From Octopus sinensis (taxonomy: Eukaryota), in NCBI RefSeq assembly GCF_006345805.1, contig NC_042997.1, positions 153,388,001 through 153,452,000 of the forward strand: a stretch of DNA of 64,000 bases. The letters are read 5' to 3'. The translations under genes and the position numbers were made by a program. Shown one piece after another: positions 1-13,460 of this stretch. Positions within the stretch are counted from its first letter, which is position 1. The number at the start of each line of letters is the position of its first letter. The notes beneath the pieces were generated by a model. It did no database searches, was not told the origin of the DNA, and saw only the letters and a list, made by a program, of their open reading frames with translations.

Positions 1-271
1 CCTTTTCGCTTCGCTTTTCTATTTTTAACCTTCACATTTTCTTCTGCTAGTTTTAATGGTTTGATAAATCCTCCTTCTCGAGAGATGCCAGATTCCTTCA
101 TTTAGATTCTGTGGTACAATCTGGCCTGCTTTCACTACTACTTCTTCTATTACTACTTTTAAAATATTCCCATCAAAATACTACATGCTTTTCCATAGAT
201 TTTCTGCCTTATAAGCCATTCTTGGTGAAACTGCGAAGTCGCTCAAGATTTTTTAAGAAAGAAATATGTAA

Positions 272-274
<3 letters not shown>

Positions 275-328
<54 letters not shown>
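275..328. repeat. (TA)n microsatellite
   Basis: Pure TA run, read directly. Confidence 0.97.
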
Positions 329-331
<3 letters not shown>

Positions 332-1779
332 GGGTGTATGCTAGCGTGTTTTATCGATATTTTTATGCGTTTAAGTTGGAAGTGCAGGTTCATTTGCGTA
401 TAGAGTAGACAACGTCAGATTAAAACAATTTTCGACTTAGATTATTTAGCAGATATTGATACTCATGTATCTTTCTTCTATTGAAATCCTATAACGATCG
501 ACTCTACCATTCATCCTACGTTCGTCTATAAAATATGCTGTAGCCATCAAGTCAGTCGATTATACCCCTAACCTTCACTTTACCTTAAAAACCTACTTCT
601 GCTTCAGTAAAACAAAATCAATGGCACTAATATTCGTCAGTTATTTGCGCTGATAAATTAATTGGAGTTAACCCAGGTTTTTTTCCTTGGACCAGTGATT
701 AATTCAGCCGGATTGGTATGTGATTTAATTGCGACAATTAACGTGTGGCGGAGGATCAAAGAGTATTCCAGAATAATTTGTCGAGATTCACTGAAAAGTA
801 ATCGATAAAGTTACACACACGCACGCACAAAGATATATAGTAACATATATATAAGTTTATTTTCATTTTTGCTCACATTCTCAAAATATGGTTATAATAT
901 TTCAGCAAAGAATGTATTCGCTAAGCTTTCAAGAGTAGGAAGAAAGAAGTACTGTGGGTCAGTTTGTGTAAATATACATATAGTTCTTGAGGACAGAGGA
1001 GACAGCTTACAGGATAATGGGGGAGAAGAATGATAGACCTGAAGGATATATGAAAAGTAGGATATGACTAGAAGGAAAGACAGAGGGGAGACTGGAAGTA
1101 GCTGAAAAGAGGTAGATAAAATGAATGGGTAAAAAGTGGAAGAAACAAAGAAAAACAATATGGCTACTGAAGAGATGAGAGTAAACAAAAGCTGATGACA
1201 GATATCGAAAACTCCAATATTTTGGCCATGTCATCTGGGCTCAGAATCTCATTCCTAGTATCCTCGTGGTTGGGTGGACGGAAAATGGGCCTGCAGGCAG
1301 CAAAGACGGAAGTATAGTGTTGACGTCAAGGACTAGTTAGAGAGGGCACAGCTGTAGCGTGAAAACAGTGTAACAGTGTACATGACGAGAAGTAGAGGTT
1401 GTATATGAGGCCATCGATCCTTAACCATTAAAATGGGAATACTCATTTATTCGTTCATGCATAAACACAGGCACACACATGCACACAGACGTATTTATAA
1501 ATACGACACGCCCGCGTATACATACATGTATACTATAAGAAAGCTGCTTATTAATCAGAGTATTTAACTTTTACTAACAGATAGCAATTATTACAATTTA
1601 CATTGTCTAGAAGATTTCTTTAAAATTCCAGTTTCAATATATTTTTATCAAAATATGGTTTTGAAGTTTCACTCACAAAATAAACTTTAATTAACAACAA
1701 CATAGGCGGCAGTGTTTAACTCTTACGTCTGTACCCCTTTTCTTCAACTTAGTTTACTTGCTAAATTGTATTTCGCTTT

Positions 1780-2130
1780 TTCTCTTCATCTCTTTCTCTC
1801 TCTCTCCTTCTCTCTCACTTTGTTTACCACCTCCACTCCTATTAGTATTTCTTTACATTTTTATAATTTTTCCTTTCTCTTATAGTCATCATTTTTACCG
1901 TTTTTCTCACTCACATTCGTCTCTCACACACATTCCGTTTGTATCCCGTCGCCTGTTATTTGATTTAACACTTTTTATCTTTACCCATCACTCTCTAATC
2001 TATTCACTTTTTCCTTACAACGCTCTCTCTCTGTCTTTCTCTCTCTTTCCCCCTCTCTCTTCCTCTCTCTCTCTCTCTTTCTCTTTCCCTCTCTCTCTTC
2101 CTCTTTCTCTCCCTCTCTCTCTCTCTTAAT
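1780..2130. repeat. CT-rich low-complexity / (CT)n tract
   Basis: Degenerate (CT)n; the overlapping Leu/Ser-rich ORF is a by-product. Confidence 0.9.
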
Positions 2131-3132
2131 CTCTTGATCTCTACAGTCGTTATTCAATCCTTTTCATTAAATATACGTTCTTACAAAGTTTCCTTTTGAA
2201 ATACTTTGAAAATATTTATGAAACATTTTATACTATATTTATATATAAAAAAACTCTACAATGTTTCATTTCAAGTTTATTTCCTTTACACAAATGAGTA
2301 AACCATGGTCCTCTGAATAATGAAATCCTTGGTTATTCTCTGTGCCTAAGTCAACTTTACGTTTATTATTATGTAATATATTGATTTCATTTTACATATT
2401 CTTTACAATACAATAATATCATGTATATAGTACGTTATTTACTTCTATGTTACAACTTTTCAATTTAACATGGATCATCCTTTAAAACTGAATGGTTAGT
2501 AGCAAAGACACAGCAGCAAAGGGAGAAAAGGGGAACTGAATCAGAGGAAACCAATGAAAATAACTGAAAGAGATGTTTGAATACGCACTCAGGGTTGAAC
2601 ATGTGATTATGATTCTCCAGCACACAACTGACTGGCTTGGGTATCTCATGAAGAGAATAATCTGCTTCCAAACAATACACGCTCTGTGAATATTCTGGTG
2701 CCAATTGATAATAATCATCGAATGGACAGGATATAGAGACAAATATACCATGCAGATTGTAATAAGACACAAACAGTAACAGCAGTACAAACAAACATGA
2801 TGCTTACAGATCAAATCGAATATGTACAAAGAACTATTTGTTAAAGAATTAGCAATGAATACCAATAATTTCATTGTTCTGCCAATCCTTGCGATCGCGA
2901 TTTTGCTAAAACATCTGTGGACATTGTGAAATTTAGATATGGTTTATAAGGATTTTAATGCTTCGTGGTCTTTTCTTATAAGAAATAGTGAAAGAAATTA
3001 AGCTCCAGAATTTCTTATGCTGTTACATTGTTTTGTAAATTTAAATTCTGAATAAATAATACATACATGCTAAGACGGCCTTTCCCATACAAGATTTCAT
3101 GAGCTCATGTCTTTGTTTCTTTCCTTTCACAG

Positions 3133-3216
3133 GAGAAAATGATTGCTACAACGTATGGAATGCTGATCCTTGGATTTGTCATCGTTGTCTTGGACTTTAT
3201 AGTAATTACGAAGGCG
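3133..3216 (+). CDS. Candidate 84-nt host-gene exon; phase-0 frame EKMIATTYGMLILGFVIVVLDFIVITKA (signal peptide/TM-like), alternative frame ENDCYNVWNADPWICHRCLGLYSNYEG
   Basis: Strong acceptor (tttgtttctttcctttcacAG at 3131-3132), consensus donor (GCG|GTAAGT at 3217), length divisible by 3, two open frames, non-repetitive sequence. Product not recognised. Confidence 0.6.
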
Positions 3217-3407
3217 GTAAGTAGCATATATTCATTTATTCATTTTCTGTCATGATTACGGAACTATGGCGCCGTTGATTCGTAGTTTCCAACGAGTCTA
3301 GCGCTTACTGCATATATGAAAGCATGTTTATCGCTTTTGGTTTGAACCTTTCACATCTTCCAAAAGTGTACACACATACATTCGCACAGTCACGCGTAAC
3401 ACACACA

Positions 3408-3450
<43 letters not shown>

Positions 3451-3580
3451 CAAATGAATAATAACAGTCGATGGATAATTGTCAACTAATTACAGCTGTT
3501 TCTTACGCATTAGAATGAGAACATTACTTCATTGTCAAAAAACCGTAATCATCAGATGAAACATAATTTCGAACACGCAT

Positions 3581-3976
3581 AGGCGCAGGAGTGGCTGTGT
3601 GGTAAGTAGCTTGCTAACCAACCACATGGTTCTGGGTTCAATCCCACTGCGTGGCATCTTGGTCAAGTGTCTTCTGCTATAGCCCCGGGCCGACCAATGC
3701 CTTGTGAGTCGATTTGGTAGACGGAAACTGAAAGAAGCCTGTCGTGTATATGTATATATATTTGTGTGTGTGTCTGTGTTTGTCCCCCTAGCATTGCTTG
3801 ACAACCGATGCTGGTGTGTGTTTACGTCCCCGTCACTTAGCGATTCGGCAAAAGAGACCGATAGAATAAGTACTGGGCTTACAAAGAATAAGTCCCGGGG
3901 TCGATTTGCTCGACTAAAGGTGGTGCTCCAGCATGGCCGCAGTCAAATGACTGAAACAAGTAAAAGAGTAAAGAGT
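3581..3976 (+). mobile_element. tRNA-derived SINE, family A (copy 1)
   Basis: Pol III A-box-like GGCTGTGTGG and B-box-like GGTTCAATCCC, central TA/GT tract, tail (GTAAAAGA)n; related copies at 4716, 28050, 45679, 61515. Confidence 0.88.
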
Positions 3977-4218
3977 ATATATATACGTTTAAATACAAAA
4001 TGGCTGACGGTTAGTAAGGAGAGACACAAATAAGTGAGAAGAAAACAAAAGACCACTGATGCGGTCACAGGAGTGTGACGAAAGAACTCTGGCCGAAATA
4101 AGATTAAGATTAATGTAAAAAATAAATATCACTGAAGCAAAATAACACCAAATATATAGTGCGTGTGTTTTTATTGGCTAAACTGGCAATATGACCATTC
4201 CGAAATATAACAGTGTAT

Positions 4219-4520
4219 AAAGACCCCCTTCGGTCATGAGTGACCATGGGTTTGCACCTAGAGAGTTACCCTCTGAGGCACAAGTCTGGGCAAGGTTGTT
4301 TTTATGGAAGACCAGTAGTCGCCCATGCATACCGGCCTCCCCTCTCCACGCCACCAGTGTTATCCAAGGGAAAGACAAAGGTCGATACAGCTTGGCACCA
4401 GTGACGTCGCAACTCATTTCTACAGCTGAGTGAACTGGAGCAACGTGAAATAAAGTGCTTTGCTTAAGAACACAACACGCAGCCCGGTCCGGGATTCGAA
4501 CTCACAACCTCACGATCGTG
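4219..4520 (-). mobile_element. tRNA-derived SINE, family B (copy 1)
   Basis: Minus strand reads CACGATCGTGAGGTTGTGAGTTCGAATCCCGG (B-box) followed by a CORE-like TTAAGCAAAGCACTTTATTTCACGTTGCTCCAG segment; head cut by (TA)n. Confidence 0.8.
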
Positions 4521-4558
<38 letters not shown>

Positions 4559-4715
4559 ATATATATATAATATATATATATATATCAAATGAATAATAAC
4601 AGTCGATGGATAATTGTCAACTAATTACAGCTGTTTCTTACGCATTAGAATGAGAACATTACTTCATTGTCAAAAAACCGTAATCATCAGATGAAACATA
4701 ATTTCGAACACGCAT

Positions 4716-5111
4716 AGGCGCAGGAGTGGCTGTGTGGTAAGTAGCTTGCTAACCAACCACATGGTTCTGGGTTCAATCCCACTGCGTGGCATCTTGGTCA
4801 AGTGTCTTCTGCTATAGCCCCGGGCCGACCAATGCCTTGTGAGTCGATTTGGTAGACGGAAACTGAAAGAAGCCTGTCGTGTATATGTATATATATTTGT
4901 GTGTGTGTCTGTGTTTGTCCCCCTAGCATTGCTTGACAACCGATGCTGGTGTGTGTTTACGTCCCCGTCACTTAGCGGTTCGGCAAAAGAGACCGATAGA
5001 ATAAGTACTGGGCTTACAAAGAATAAGTCCCGGGGTCGATTTGCTCGACTAAAGGTGGTGCTCCAGCATGGCCGCAGTCAAATGACTGAAACAAGTAAAA
5101 GAGTAAATAGT
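4716..5111 (+). mobile_element. SINE family A (duplicated copy)
   Basis: Near-identical to 3581-3976, offset 1135. Confidence 0.88.
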
Positions 5112-5353
5112 ATATATATACGTTTAAATACAAAATGGCTGACGGTTAGTAAGGAGAGACACAAATAAGTGAGAAGAAAACAAAAGACCACTGATGCGGT
5201 CACAGGAGTGTGACGAAAGAACTCTGGCCGAAATAAGATTAAGATTAATGTAAAAAATAAATATCACTGAAGCAAAATAACACCAAATATATAGTGCGTG
5301 TGTTTTTATTGGCTAAACTGGCAATATGACCATTCCGAAATATAACAGTGTAT

Positions 5354-5652
5354 AAAGACCCCCTTCGGTCATGAGTGACCATGGGTTTGCACCTAGAGAG
5401 TTACCCTCTGAGGCACAAGTCTGGGCAAGGTTGTTTTTATGGAAGACCAGTAGTCGCCCATGCATACCGGCCTCCCCTCTCCACGCCACCAGTGTTATCC
5501 AAGGGAAAGACAAAGGTCGATACAGCTTGGCACCAGTGACGTCGCAACTCATTTCTACAGCTGAGTGAACTGGAGCAACGTGAAATAAAGTGCTTTGCTT
5601 AAGAACACAACACGCAGCCCGGTCCGGGATTCGAACTCACAACCTCACGATC

Positions 5653-5655
<3 letters not shown>
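5354..5655 (-). mobile_element. SINE family B (duplicated copy)
   Basis: Near-identical to 4219-4520, offset 1135. Confidence 0.8.
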
Positions 5656-5712
<57 letters not shown>

Positions 5713-6367
5713 AAAATAGATTTGAAATCATATAAGAAGATAAAGATGTATAGAACATCAAAAAGTATATCTCCAGTAATTAACACCTCAGTTAATAATA
5801 GGTCTTTAAACTCCAACACGTTATAACAATGCAGTGAATACAGGTGAAAAACTCGCACGTATGTACATAATCGGCTAAAACGATTTTTGAGACCAACGTA
5901 TATTAAGAATAAAAAACAGAAAAACATAAGTTTCCCCGGATAGTTTATCATTTAATTATTTTCAGTGGTTGTGTCATTAGGAATAGATATTATTAATTCC
6001 ATAATTTCGGGATTAATGTACGTAATAAATTAATATATACTAATGTAAATTAAGTTGGTTTAGAACAAATTTTATTCCAAACCATCAGGAATATTACGGG
6101 CTTCGCTAATTATAATTATAGACCGTTATTGGATTAAACACAAGCAAGACGGAGAGAATTATATAAGTGTGTTTGATTATATATATATATATACATACAT
6201 ATATACAAGAAAAACTTAATAGTCACTTCGCAGTTTTGCCAGTTTTAAGCTTTGGCGAATCCATGAAGTCAATGTGAACATTTTCGTGGTAATAAAGATA
6301 ATCTTAAATGTACTCAACGATTTTTCAGTAATTATATTTTTGCAAGTTTTGTATATGACTATATGTA

Positions 6368-7157
6368 CAGGGTGCGATGCGTAAACTGTCACCATTCTGT
6401 ATTTTTAATTTTACGCATGCGCAACGCTTTTGGTTTTGTCGACTACCGTCATTCAGTACCGTCTGTGAAGAACAGCATGCTATATTGCTTGGCATTCGCT
6501 CCGGAAGCTCCAATACGAGCATTTCAGAGTGTTTGGGTGACAATCTGAGGACAGTGCATATACTGAGAGTGATAAAAATCAAACATCCAGTCAACATCAT
6601 GGTGTTTGGCGTGATCACTAGCGATAGCGACCTTATGCCTCCATTTATTTTCTCACACAGCCTCAGACTCAAAACGGTCTACATCAAGTGTTTGGATGAG
6701 GTAGTGCTGCCCTGGATCAAGAGGGTGTCTGCTGGAAGACCCTATGTCTGGCAACATGACTCTGCGACATGCCAAACAAGCAGGGGAACCCAGTCATGGC
6801 TGTTAGACAATTTTTGTGACCACATCACCCCTAACCTCGGACCACCTAACTCCCCAGACTTGATTATTATGTATGGGGCGCATTTGAGCGAGAGACCAAC
6901 AAAACTCTTTGTAACAAAGCAAGGATTATGGCAGCATTCACCAGCTTAAACAAGGAGACCGTCCAGAAGAGTTTCAGGAGATTCCGAACTCGTCTAGAGA
7001 CCGTTATTGAAGCCAATGGTGATTTTATTGAATAAATTTACTCTTTTGTATATTGAAATATTTTTATGTAATTTTGGTAAATATATCTGATAAAATGAGA
7101 TGTCAGTGTTATTTTCATTTTACGTAATTTAGACCACAATATATTCACCTCACTCTG
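6368..7157 (+). mobile_element. Internally deleted Tc1/mariner element, maT (DD37D)-like
   Basis: TA|CAGGGTGCGATG ... CACCTCACTCTG|TA imperfect TIRs with TA flanks; ORF 6377-6949 contains KHPVNIMVFGVITSD..MPPFIF, RPYVWQHDSA and PPNSPDL, typical of maT transposases. Confidence 0.82.
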
Positions 7158-7162
7158 TATGT

Positions 7163-8706
7163 TATCCTGGTCAGGCTACAACTACTTGCTTCTCAAATCT
7201 ATCCGGAATCGCAGTGTGGCTTTAGAAGAAGCAGATCAACTATCGATATGATATTCTCCATACGCCAACTTCAGGAGAAGTCCAGAGAGCAGAAAATGCC
7301 ATTATATATGGCCTTCATTGATCTAACAAAGGCTTTTGACTCGGAAAGCAGAACAGGCCTCTTCCTCCTGCTCCAAAAAAATCGGATGTCCACCAAAGCT
7401 GCTGAGGATCATCAAGTCTTTCCATGATGACATGCAAGGCACCATACAGCACAACGGTTCAACATCAGCCGCCTTCCAAATAAAAAACGGGGTAAAGCAA
7501 GGCTGTGTCCTCGCTCCTACATTGTTTGGCATCTTCTTCTCACTCTTGCTGTCACATGCCTTTCAGACATCAGATGATGGAGTGTTTCTGCACAGTAGAA
7601 GTGACGGGAAACTGTTCAATCTCTCGCGCCTGCGTGCCAAGACCAAAATCAGAAACGTCCTGATCAAGGAGATGTTATTTGCTGATGATGCCGCTCTGGT
7701 AAACACACAGAAGAAGCCCTCCAAAGGCTCATTAACTGTTTTGAGCAAGCATGTAACGACTTTGGCTTAGCTATCAGCCTTAAGAAGACCAACATCATGG
7801 GCCAGGCTACATCGGACATCCCAAACATACATATTGGAGACCACAGATTACAAGAGGTGGAGAAGTTTACCTATCTGGGCTCTACCGTCACCTACAACCT
7901 ATCCTTGACACTGAGCTCAATATACGCATTGGCAAGGCAGCTGCTGCGATGGCCCAACTCTCCAAACGGGCTTGGGACAACAATAAGCTGACCAAGACCA
8001 CAAAAATGAAGATCTACCAGGCATGTGTACTCAGCACTCTACTGTATGGAAGCGAGACCTGGACGCTATACACACGCCAAGAGCGTCGCCTAAACATCTT
8101 TCACCTGCGCTGCCTCCGAAAAATCCTCCACATCAAATGGCAGAATCATATCCCCAACAAAGATGTCCTCAGGCAAGCAGGAATACCAAGCATGTTTGCA
8201 CTCCTCACACAAGACGTATGAGATGGCTTGGGCATGTTAGCCGTATGAAAGATGGCAGAATCCCCAAGGACATACTCTATGGAGAGCTTGCTAGGGGTAC
8301 TAGGTCTGTGGGTAGACCGATCTTACGTTACAAGGATGTTTGCAAAAGGGATATGAAGGCCTGCAACATCAACATTAGCGGTTGGGAGGCAGTCGCCGGC
8401 AACCGTGGAGAATGGCGACGTACAGTAAAAGAGGGTATACAGAGGAGTGACAGAGAGAGAGAGGAGAAATGGAAAGAAATGAAGAGACATAAACAAGAGA
8501 CCATGACACTACAACCAGCCAGGAACAGTCTTCGCTACATTTGTAGTACCTGCCAGAGGGAGTGTTTGTCCAGGATAGGACTACACAGCCACAGCAAGAA
8601 ATGTAACAGGAAATAAAATATAACAGCCGGACTAGACCTAGGAAAAAAAAAAAAAAAGCGCAACTCCATTGTCTCCCGAGACAGAAAGGATGCCAATACA
8701 ATACAA
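7163..8706 (+). mobile_element. 5'-truncated RTE-clade LINE (RT and C-terminus, frameshifted)
   Basis: PESQCGFRRSRSTIDMIF, MAFIDLTKAFD, GVKQGCVLAPTLF, MLFADDAAL, LYGSETW, KDILYGEL, terminal CSTCQRECLSRIGLHSH; short (AATAC)n tail. Confidence 0.93.
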
Positions 8707-10077
8707 TATATATATATATAGAGAGAGAGAGAGAGTGAGAGAGAGAGAGAGAGAGAGTTGCATCCATCAATTTCCATTAACAAGGTGCTGATCTCTCCGT
8801 GACTTCGATGTGGGACGATTTCTTATGATATTGCGCAATGAGATCGAACCCAGAACTATGTGGATTCTAAGCCAACCGCTAAAGAACGAAGCTATAACTA
8901 TACCCATTACCTGTTTTACTATTTCAAACTTTCTCTGTAGGAAATACTACTTAGTGCATAAACTACCGTCCTTGCAGATTGGAAACCTTTCGTGTGTGCT
9001 TGCGTATTAATTTGATAATTTTATACCACTCCTTATGGGAGAAAAATAAAGAACATCATATCATGGAAGTAAATAATAATATAAATAAAGTTAAAGAAAA
9101 CTGCCAATTGCAGTGTAGCCAAAAAGGACATCACCTTCCATTTATCATCAAGAATAATGATCTGAAGGCTTACCTGAACATTTTAATAGTTGCCTTTCAA
9201 GTCATAATTGCATCTTACAACTTTTATTGATGACATGCTGCCATTAATTTAAAATTACCGTATACCATACTAAATATATTTTCGACAAAACATTCAAACT
9301 TCCAACTTTGTTCTACAGACCAGCCACAGATGAGAAAGGCATAGCTGTCACATTTCAACCTTTTCATCTGCTATAAAATTTCTTTTCCCAAATTTTGTAG
9401 CAGAATTGAAATAAAAATTTACTGATAAAGCATATCATCAATTCTGCTTCGTTTATTTTATTCACCTATTTTTATGGTTTATCTTTTCTCAAAACAGGTT
9501 AACATTTCTAGTATGCATACCTATCTATAAATGAAAAACGAAGTTAATATTTCATATTTCTGAATCAACTTTCGTTTATATTAGTATTCTGCTATGAACC
9601 ACTACACTTCTTTCTGTGCATATGAGTAACCCTCTTACTATCGCTTCTGATACATATACGTGCCATTTCTACAGATGATTCTTTTTTTGTGATCTTTTAT
9701 AATGCAGATGTCATCCACATGCAACCTAGACAACTCACATCGAATATGCACTAATGTCGTGAAAGCATTTCCATTAGATCCTGACAACTAAATCTCATTC
9801 AACAACACCCAGACGTATCACCGGTATTATCAAGAAACACATCTGCAATCCTTATCATCAACAATGTTCCATGGTGATCGTATGTCTATATGATAGAAAA
9901 AGCTGTGTATCAAAAGCCAAGTGCTCTCTTGAAAACCAGAAAACACAGATCCTTTACAATTACATACTCAACATATATTAGAACACTCGCATATCTAGAA
10001 TGGTGTAGTTGCTACACATACAGACACATACTATATCGCACGCAGAAATTCATCATCATTATCATCATCATCATCAC

Positions 10078-10111
<34 letters not shown>

Positions 10112-10114
10112 TTA

Positions 10115-10434
10115 CTTCTCAGAGCTCTGGGATTTACTCTTGTGAGAGCTGACAGTAACCTGTTGTCGGAAGTTTGACACCGTCTCTTTCCGCAAATTAT
10201 AAGCTTTAGTACCTGAATATTAACTTATCGTTGAAAACACTCAACACCAAAGCACCATTCTTAAACTTCTAGCAGTCCCCAATAGAGCGGTTTAGGGGAA
10301 CTGATCTGCCCGTAAGTCAATTACAAGTTATCCGACATATTTCTGGTTGTTAGTGCTCCGAGTTCCCCTATAACTACTAGGATAACATTTACTCACCCCA
10401 TTGCCCACATTTTTGCAACTTCGTCCTTATCGTC

Positions 10435-10436
<2 letters not shown>
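10115..10436 (-). mobile_element. Short 3' fragment of R4/Dong-type LINE between two (ATT)n tracts
   Basis: Minus strand gives DEVAKMW..VVIGELGA and TALLGTARSLRMVL, the RLE-LINE C-terminus. Confidence 0.7.
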
Positions 10437-10489
<53 letters not shown>

Positions 10490-10492
<3 letters not shown>

Positions 10493-13460
10493 CACTCAAC
10501 AAATTAGACTGTTGGAAAAGAAAATAATTCTAACATCGGGCTACAACAAGTAACCTTAGATGCCAAGAACCCTTCTAAGTATCCTAGCTATCCCTAATAA
10601 TACTGTTTTCTGCAGTTGTACTAAATTGGGTTTTATGCTTATTTCCTCTATCCATCCGTTCAGATCTTTAGGGATAGTTCCCAATATAACTACCGAGATA
10701 CATTTTATCCGAGCTTTCCATAGTCTTTGTAATTCAATAGCTAGGTCCTGGTACTTCTCTATTTTTTTCTATACCTCTCACATTAATTGTTCATCATTTG
10801 CGACTGTAAAGTCAATTATCTGGCACTTTCTATTCTCTTCATCTACTACTATGAAATCAGGCCTTCTGGCTTCTATTACCATGTCAGTCTGATTGTTAAA
10901 GTCCCACAACATCTTGTATTTCTTACTTTCTAGTACTTTACTTTGTTCATGTTCATACCATTTAACAGTATGTTCAAATCCTAGCTTTCTACAAAACTCC
11001 CAGTGAATTTCTCCTCCTAGATTGTTATGTCTTGTATTCTTTCTGTGCCAGCATGCTACATTCACTTACTGTATGAGTAACGCTTTCCACTTTTGATTTG
11101 CATAATCTACATTGGGAATCTACTTGGTTTTTGTCTATTTTGGCTTTTATCCAGTTAGTTCTTAACACTTGATCTTGTGCACTAACAAACTTTCTGTTAC
11201 CCTCTTCAGCTTTCACTTCTGCGGCCATAACCATATCTCACCACTACTATTTGCAGAAACTATCTTTGGTAATCTACCAAGCAATGCCTTCTCCTACCAG
11301 TCAGATAATTTCTTTTCTTTTTTTCTGGTTTTTAAATTCGTTTGGTGTTTTGATTGCCCTATGTCTTGCTGTGACTCTATCAGCTTTTAATAAACTTTCT
11401 TCACTATTACCTACGTATGAGTGTGTATCTGCTATTGCTAACTCCACGCAGTCTTCTACTGATATTAACCTTCTTCCACATTCTGTTCTGGGTAGGTATA
11501 ATCTTGCATTTCCTGACCTTGGGTCGAGTTCTCCATTTATATTGAATTCCTTCCTAGTTCTTCTGTCTAGCTTTGCTAATTCAGTTTTTCTCCAAACTAC
11601 AAAAGCTGCTGAGTATCTAAGTAATGATACTGCCCAAGAATTTACAGCCTTCACTAGATTCGGACCATTTAGCTTTGACTTCTTTAGTTTCCTCACCATT
11701 CTGATGTGCTCCTTCTCAATTTTCGTTTTTATTTCTGTAGTTAGTATTCTGTCAGATTCTAATACTCCTAGATACTCATAACTCTCTCCTCCTTTCAATG
11801 ATTTTAATGTCTTGTTAACTTTCCCTACGAGTGTGTCACTTGAGTATAGATCTACTTTCCATTTCTTCATGCTAAAGCATTCATTCTCTTATATTGTCTG
11901 CTATACTGAACATGCTCAGACATTCACTTATCCATGAGTGTGGGATCATGTCATAGGCTTTCTTATAATTTATCCATGCTATTGTTAGATTTTTCTTTCT
12001 AGCATTCACTTCATTCAGAACTGCTTTGTCTATATATAATAGATCATGCAACATTTCTGTTATTCTGGTAGTAAATTCTGGTTGTCAAGGTTTACACAAA
12101 TGCTTTCTGAAAGCATTCTTGTTAGTAGCTTCCACACTAATGGTAAGTGATTGGTCTATATTTGTTAGCTGTATTACCCTTGCTCTTATCCTTCATAATG
12201 AGAGTATCGTCCTCTTTCTTGTCTTCCAATCTGGTATTATTCCTCCATTAAAGCAATCCTGAAGCTGTTCCTTCAGCCTCCCATGTAACTTACTGAACTT
12301 CTTTAGCCGGTACCCTTGCACTAAATCTGGTCTTGGGCCCTTCCAATTCGGTATTTTTCCTAACACTTTACTCATCAATGCACTAGTTAATGTGAGATCT
12401 GGCTGTTTCTCACTCACAACTTCTACCCTTACTTTTTTTAACCATACTGTATCTCCATTGTGATTGACTGGTTTATCTCAAATATTATTCTGGCTTCCTC
12501 TGCATTAGGTTTCTCATCTTCAGTACTTCTTTCTCCAATATTTATTTGGTTATAAAATCTCCTCTGGTCTGTCTCAAATAATCTATTCTCTTGATACTGA
12601 TCCATTCTTTTCTGATATCTGTTTTAACTCTTCTATTATTATCCCAAGCCCTTTCTCTTTGATTAAGTATCTCTCCTCGGGACAAGATTTGCATCTTGTG
12701 TTTCCTAACTTGTTTGTTTTCCAGGTTTCTATTCTACTGAGATCTTGTCTTAAAGTCTTCACTTTATTTTTTAGTCTCCTTTTTCACATATGCTCTTTTT
12801 TAATCTTTCCTTGTGAGATATCTAATTTTCTGGTGACTACTACCATTCCTGCATATATCAATAAGTTAGTGTCTCCTATATTTTTAATATCTATCCTCCT
12901 GATAACAGAATCTACTTACCTAGTCATTTCTTGTAGCTTCCTTCTGTTGATGTCTTTTTAATGCTGGCAATCTTTTTCATACTTCTTTACTCATTACTTC
13001 TTGCAACTCATCTAAAATCTTCTGGTCTTCCTCACTTAAATCGTTGATGTCAGTTGTTCCTTCCTTATTTGTAGCGCTATTATTATTTTTTTCTTTAGGT
13101 TCTTCTTTGGTTTGAGATCTATTTCTTATGTTGTTGTTTGTCTTTCCCACTGCCTGGTCTTTCTTTTCCAGTTCTCTCATGATCTCTTCTACCTCCAGTT
13201 CTGTCATTTACTTTCTTCTCCTAATACCACTATCTTGATCAACTAATCTCTCTGCTCAGTAACTTTAAACATACCCTTCTCTACCCAAAGTGTTAACATC
13301 CGTTTTTTATAGCCCCTTCTTTTAGCTTTACTTTCTAAGTAGCACTGTATCACTACCCTGTTTTCTTCGCTGGTCCGCTTCCTCCTCCTTGCTCGATTAT
13401 CTCCTGACGTTGTATAAGGATGACAGCTGTAGTCAGTCTGCATCTCTACTGATCTACTAC
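10490..13460 (-). mobile_element. Decayed R4/Dong-type RLE LINE
   Basis: Broken ORFs with N-terminal RRRKRTSEENRVVIQCY, YEYLGVLE, CRLCKSKVESVTHTVSEC (CCHC), RHNNL, RRPDFIVVD; 3' end abuts (ATT)n at 10437-10490. 5' limit approximate. Confidence 0.9.

Larger units (their letters stand above)
3410..5707. repeat. Tandem duplication, period 1135 bp, bounded by (TA)n
   Basis: ORF pairs offset by exactly 1135 (3535/4670, 3704/4839, 4178/5313); only a few substitutions seen (gcgattcgg/gcggttcgg, gtaaagagta/gtaaatagta). Confidence 0.95.

Noticed and set aside
111-329. Many ORFs rich in YI/VC/RE/LS/II repeats across the window
   Set aside because: Translations of (TA)n, (GT)n, (GA)n, (CT)n and (ATT)n microsatellites, not genes.
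2465-2874. Two overlapping minus-strand ORFs (109 and 130 aa)
   Set aside because: No recognisable motif or splice structure; lengths possible by chance.
3485-3540. Minus-strand GAAACAGCTGTA resembling PLE hammerhead stem III (duplicated near 4625)
   Set aside because: No CUGANGA core or clean stem II upstream.
9170-9240. Strong minus-strand donor CAG|GTAAGC
   Set aside because: No upstream acceptor giving an open frame.
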